A stretch of DNA of 64,000 nt from Schizochytrium sp. TIO01 (taxonomy: Eukaryota; Protista; Bigyra: Labyrinthulomycetes), in contig SMSO01000031.1 of NCBI GenBank assembly GCA_004764695.1, forward strand, positions 5,748,761 to 5,812,760, in the 5' to 3' direction. The notes under the pieces are model-generated. The model searched no databases. It had not been told where the DNA came from and was given only the letters and a program-made list of their open reading frames with translations. Below, in pieces: positions 62,795 to 64,000 of this stretch; within the stretch, counting starts at the first letter, position 1; each line of letters begins with the position of its first letter. The translations under genes and the position numbers were made by a program.

Positions 62795-64000
62795 ATGGCT
62801 CCAGGCGGCGGCGACGACGGCCCTGCGGGTCTCCAAGGCACTGCGTACCAAGCCTCCGGAGGCCTTGATGCTCGCAATGAAGCAATTGATGGTGACATCG
62901 GCGATGGCTCGGGTGCCAGGGGTGGAGAAGGAGATGATATGAACGCCGTGGAAAATGTTGCGGAGAACTCTGACTCCTCCGAGGAGGCTTGGAGGTGGCT
63001 TGATGATCATCATGATGCTACTGGCGCAGTCGCAGGCGCTCTTCTCGCGCTGGATGAGGAGGAGGACGCCTCTGCTCCTGCCAGGATACGCCGACAGCGC
63101 CGCAGCCGCCTCGAGAGCGTCGCCAGCGAAGGATCAAGGCACATGAGCCCGCTCTTTGTAGGGTTTACGCTGGTCATGTCCGTCGTGGGTACGGGCTTGC
63201 TTTCACTACCGTCGGCCTTTCAGTGCATGGGCATCGGGCCGGGTTTGCTGGTGCTAGTCTTCGTGTCGGTCTTCATGTTCTTCACTGGAGACCTCTTCGT
63301 GAGGAGCTACCTTGTCTCATCGCCAAATGTGAATGAGTCCTACGAAGGTATGGCGCTACAGGCATGCAAGGTTACATCGCAGTCGTGGTTGGCGCAAAGC
63401 CAGGAACCTGTGCGCTGGATAGTCAACTTGACAAATGCTATGGGGCTGTTTGGCGGATGCTGCGCCTATATTGCAATTGGCAAGGAAATCTGGCCTGATC
63501 TTGAGGCTCGAATCTCAGGCCGTGATCCAGAGGTTCCAGGAATTATTCCCTGGTATGCTAGTACGGAGGTTGTCACTGGAGCCATGGTTCTGCTGGTTTC
63601 ACTTCCGTTATGCTTGCGACGAAAGCTTAGCAGCCTGCGGTATAGCAGCACACTTGGCTTTTGCTTTTCCATCTTCATGATTATTATCGTCAGCAGCCGT
63701 GGCATCAGGGCTATGGTTGAGGGACATGGAAAACAACCCGATGCATGGCACCCAGCCTGCCCAGAAGAGCCCCTTTGGAACGGTTTAGTTCTTGGACTCT
63801 CTATCTTTAACTTCTCCTTCGTCTTTCACTTCAATTCGATTCCACTCTTCAAGTCTCTTCCGGATCACCACCGGAATCTCAAGACGATGCGGGTCATTAC
63901 GGCTGGATCGATTGCAACCTGCTTTGCTATCTACTCTCTTCTTGGAATTGCTGGTTTTGCTCTGTTTGGGGCTGATGTTGAGGGAAACATTCTGAACAAC
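62795..64000 (+). CDS. Amino acid transporter, AAAP/SLC38 (Aa_trans) family, 3' end outside the window
   Basis: Not in the ORF track because it has no stop in the window. ATG 62795 follows an in-frame TGA. Acidic N-tail, then FTLVMSVVGTGLLSLPSAF, ESYEGMA, VSLPLCLRRKLSSLRYSS, FNFSFVFHFNSIPLF and GFALFGADVEGNILNN. Confidence 0.92.
   Translation, partial: MAPGGGDDGPAGLQGTAYQASGGLDARNEAIDGDIGDGSGARGGEGDDMNAVENVAENSDSSEEAWRWLDDHHDATGAVAGALLALDEEEDASAPARIRRQRRSRLESVASEGSRHMSPLFVGFTLVMSVVGTGLLSLPSAFQCMGIGPGLLVLVFVSVFMFFTGDLFVRSYLVSSPNVNESYEGMALQACKVTSQSWLAQSQEPVRWIVNLTNAMGLFGGCCAYIAIGKEIWPDLEARISGRDPEVPGIIPWYASTEVVTGAMVLLVSLPLCLRRKLSSLRYSSTLGFCFSIFMIIIVSSRGIRAMVEGHGKQPDAWHPACPEEPLWNGLVLGLSIFNFSFVFHFNSIPLFKSLPDHHRNLKTMRVITAGSIATCFAIYSLLGIAGFALFGADVEGNILNN

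Overview
Eukaryotic nuclear DNA: GT-AG introns, cytosolic RPL9, THOC7, RRP41, kintoun and a myosin. The gene set and microsatellite-rich spacers suggest a flagellated protist, probably a stramenopile such as a thraustochytrid; that assignment is inference. The main feature is absent from the ORF track: one uninterrupted minus-strand ORF from ATG 10498 running off the left edge (at least 3499 codons). It encodes a type II membrane-anchored giant protein with fibre-like motifs, an N-glycan-sequon-rich neck and about 45 His-containing 46-66 aa beta-rich repeats of two kinds. The other genes, left to right, are THOC7 (4 exons), a mitochondrial-type lipoyl-domain protein lacking its lipoyl-lysine and fused to a SAM domain, an IAH1-like SGNH esterase fused to an amidohydrolase-3, a GYF_2-WW-motor-IQ-MyTH4 myosin, RPL9, RRP41, kintoun/DNAAF2, a membrane-anchored thioredoxin, an NCS2/AzgA-like permease and a truncated AAAP/SLC38 transporter. 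A gene-free stretch of about 17.5 kb lies between the thioredoxin and the permease. Two non-coding islands with dense hairpins (about 19.3-19.9 kb and 52.7 kb) are candidate structured RNAs. All translations and alignments were done by eye; no database search was run.
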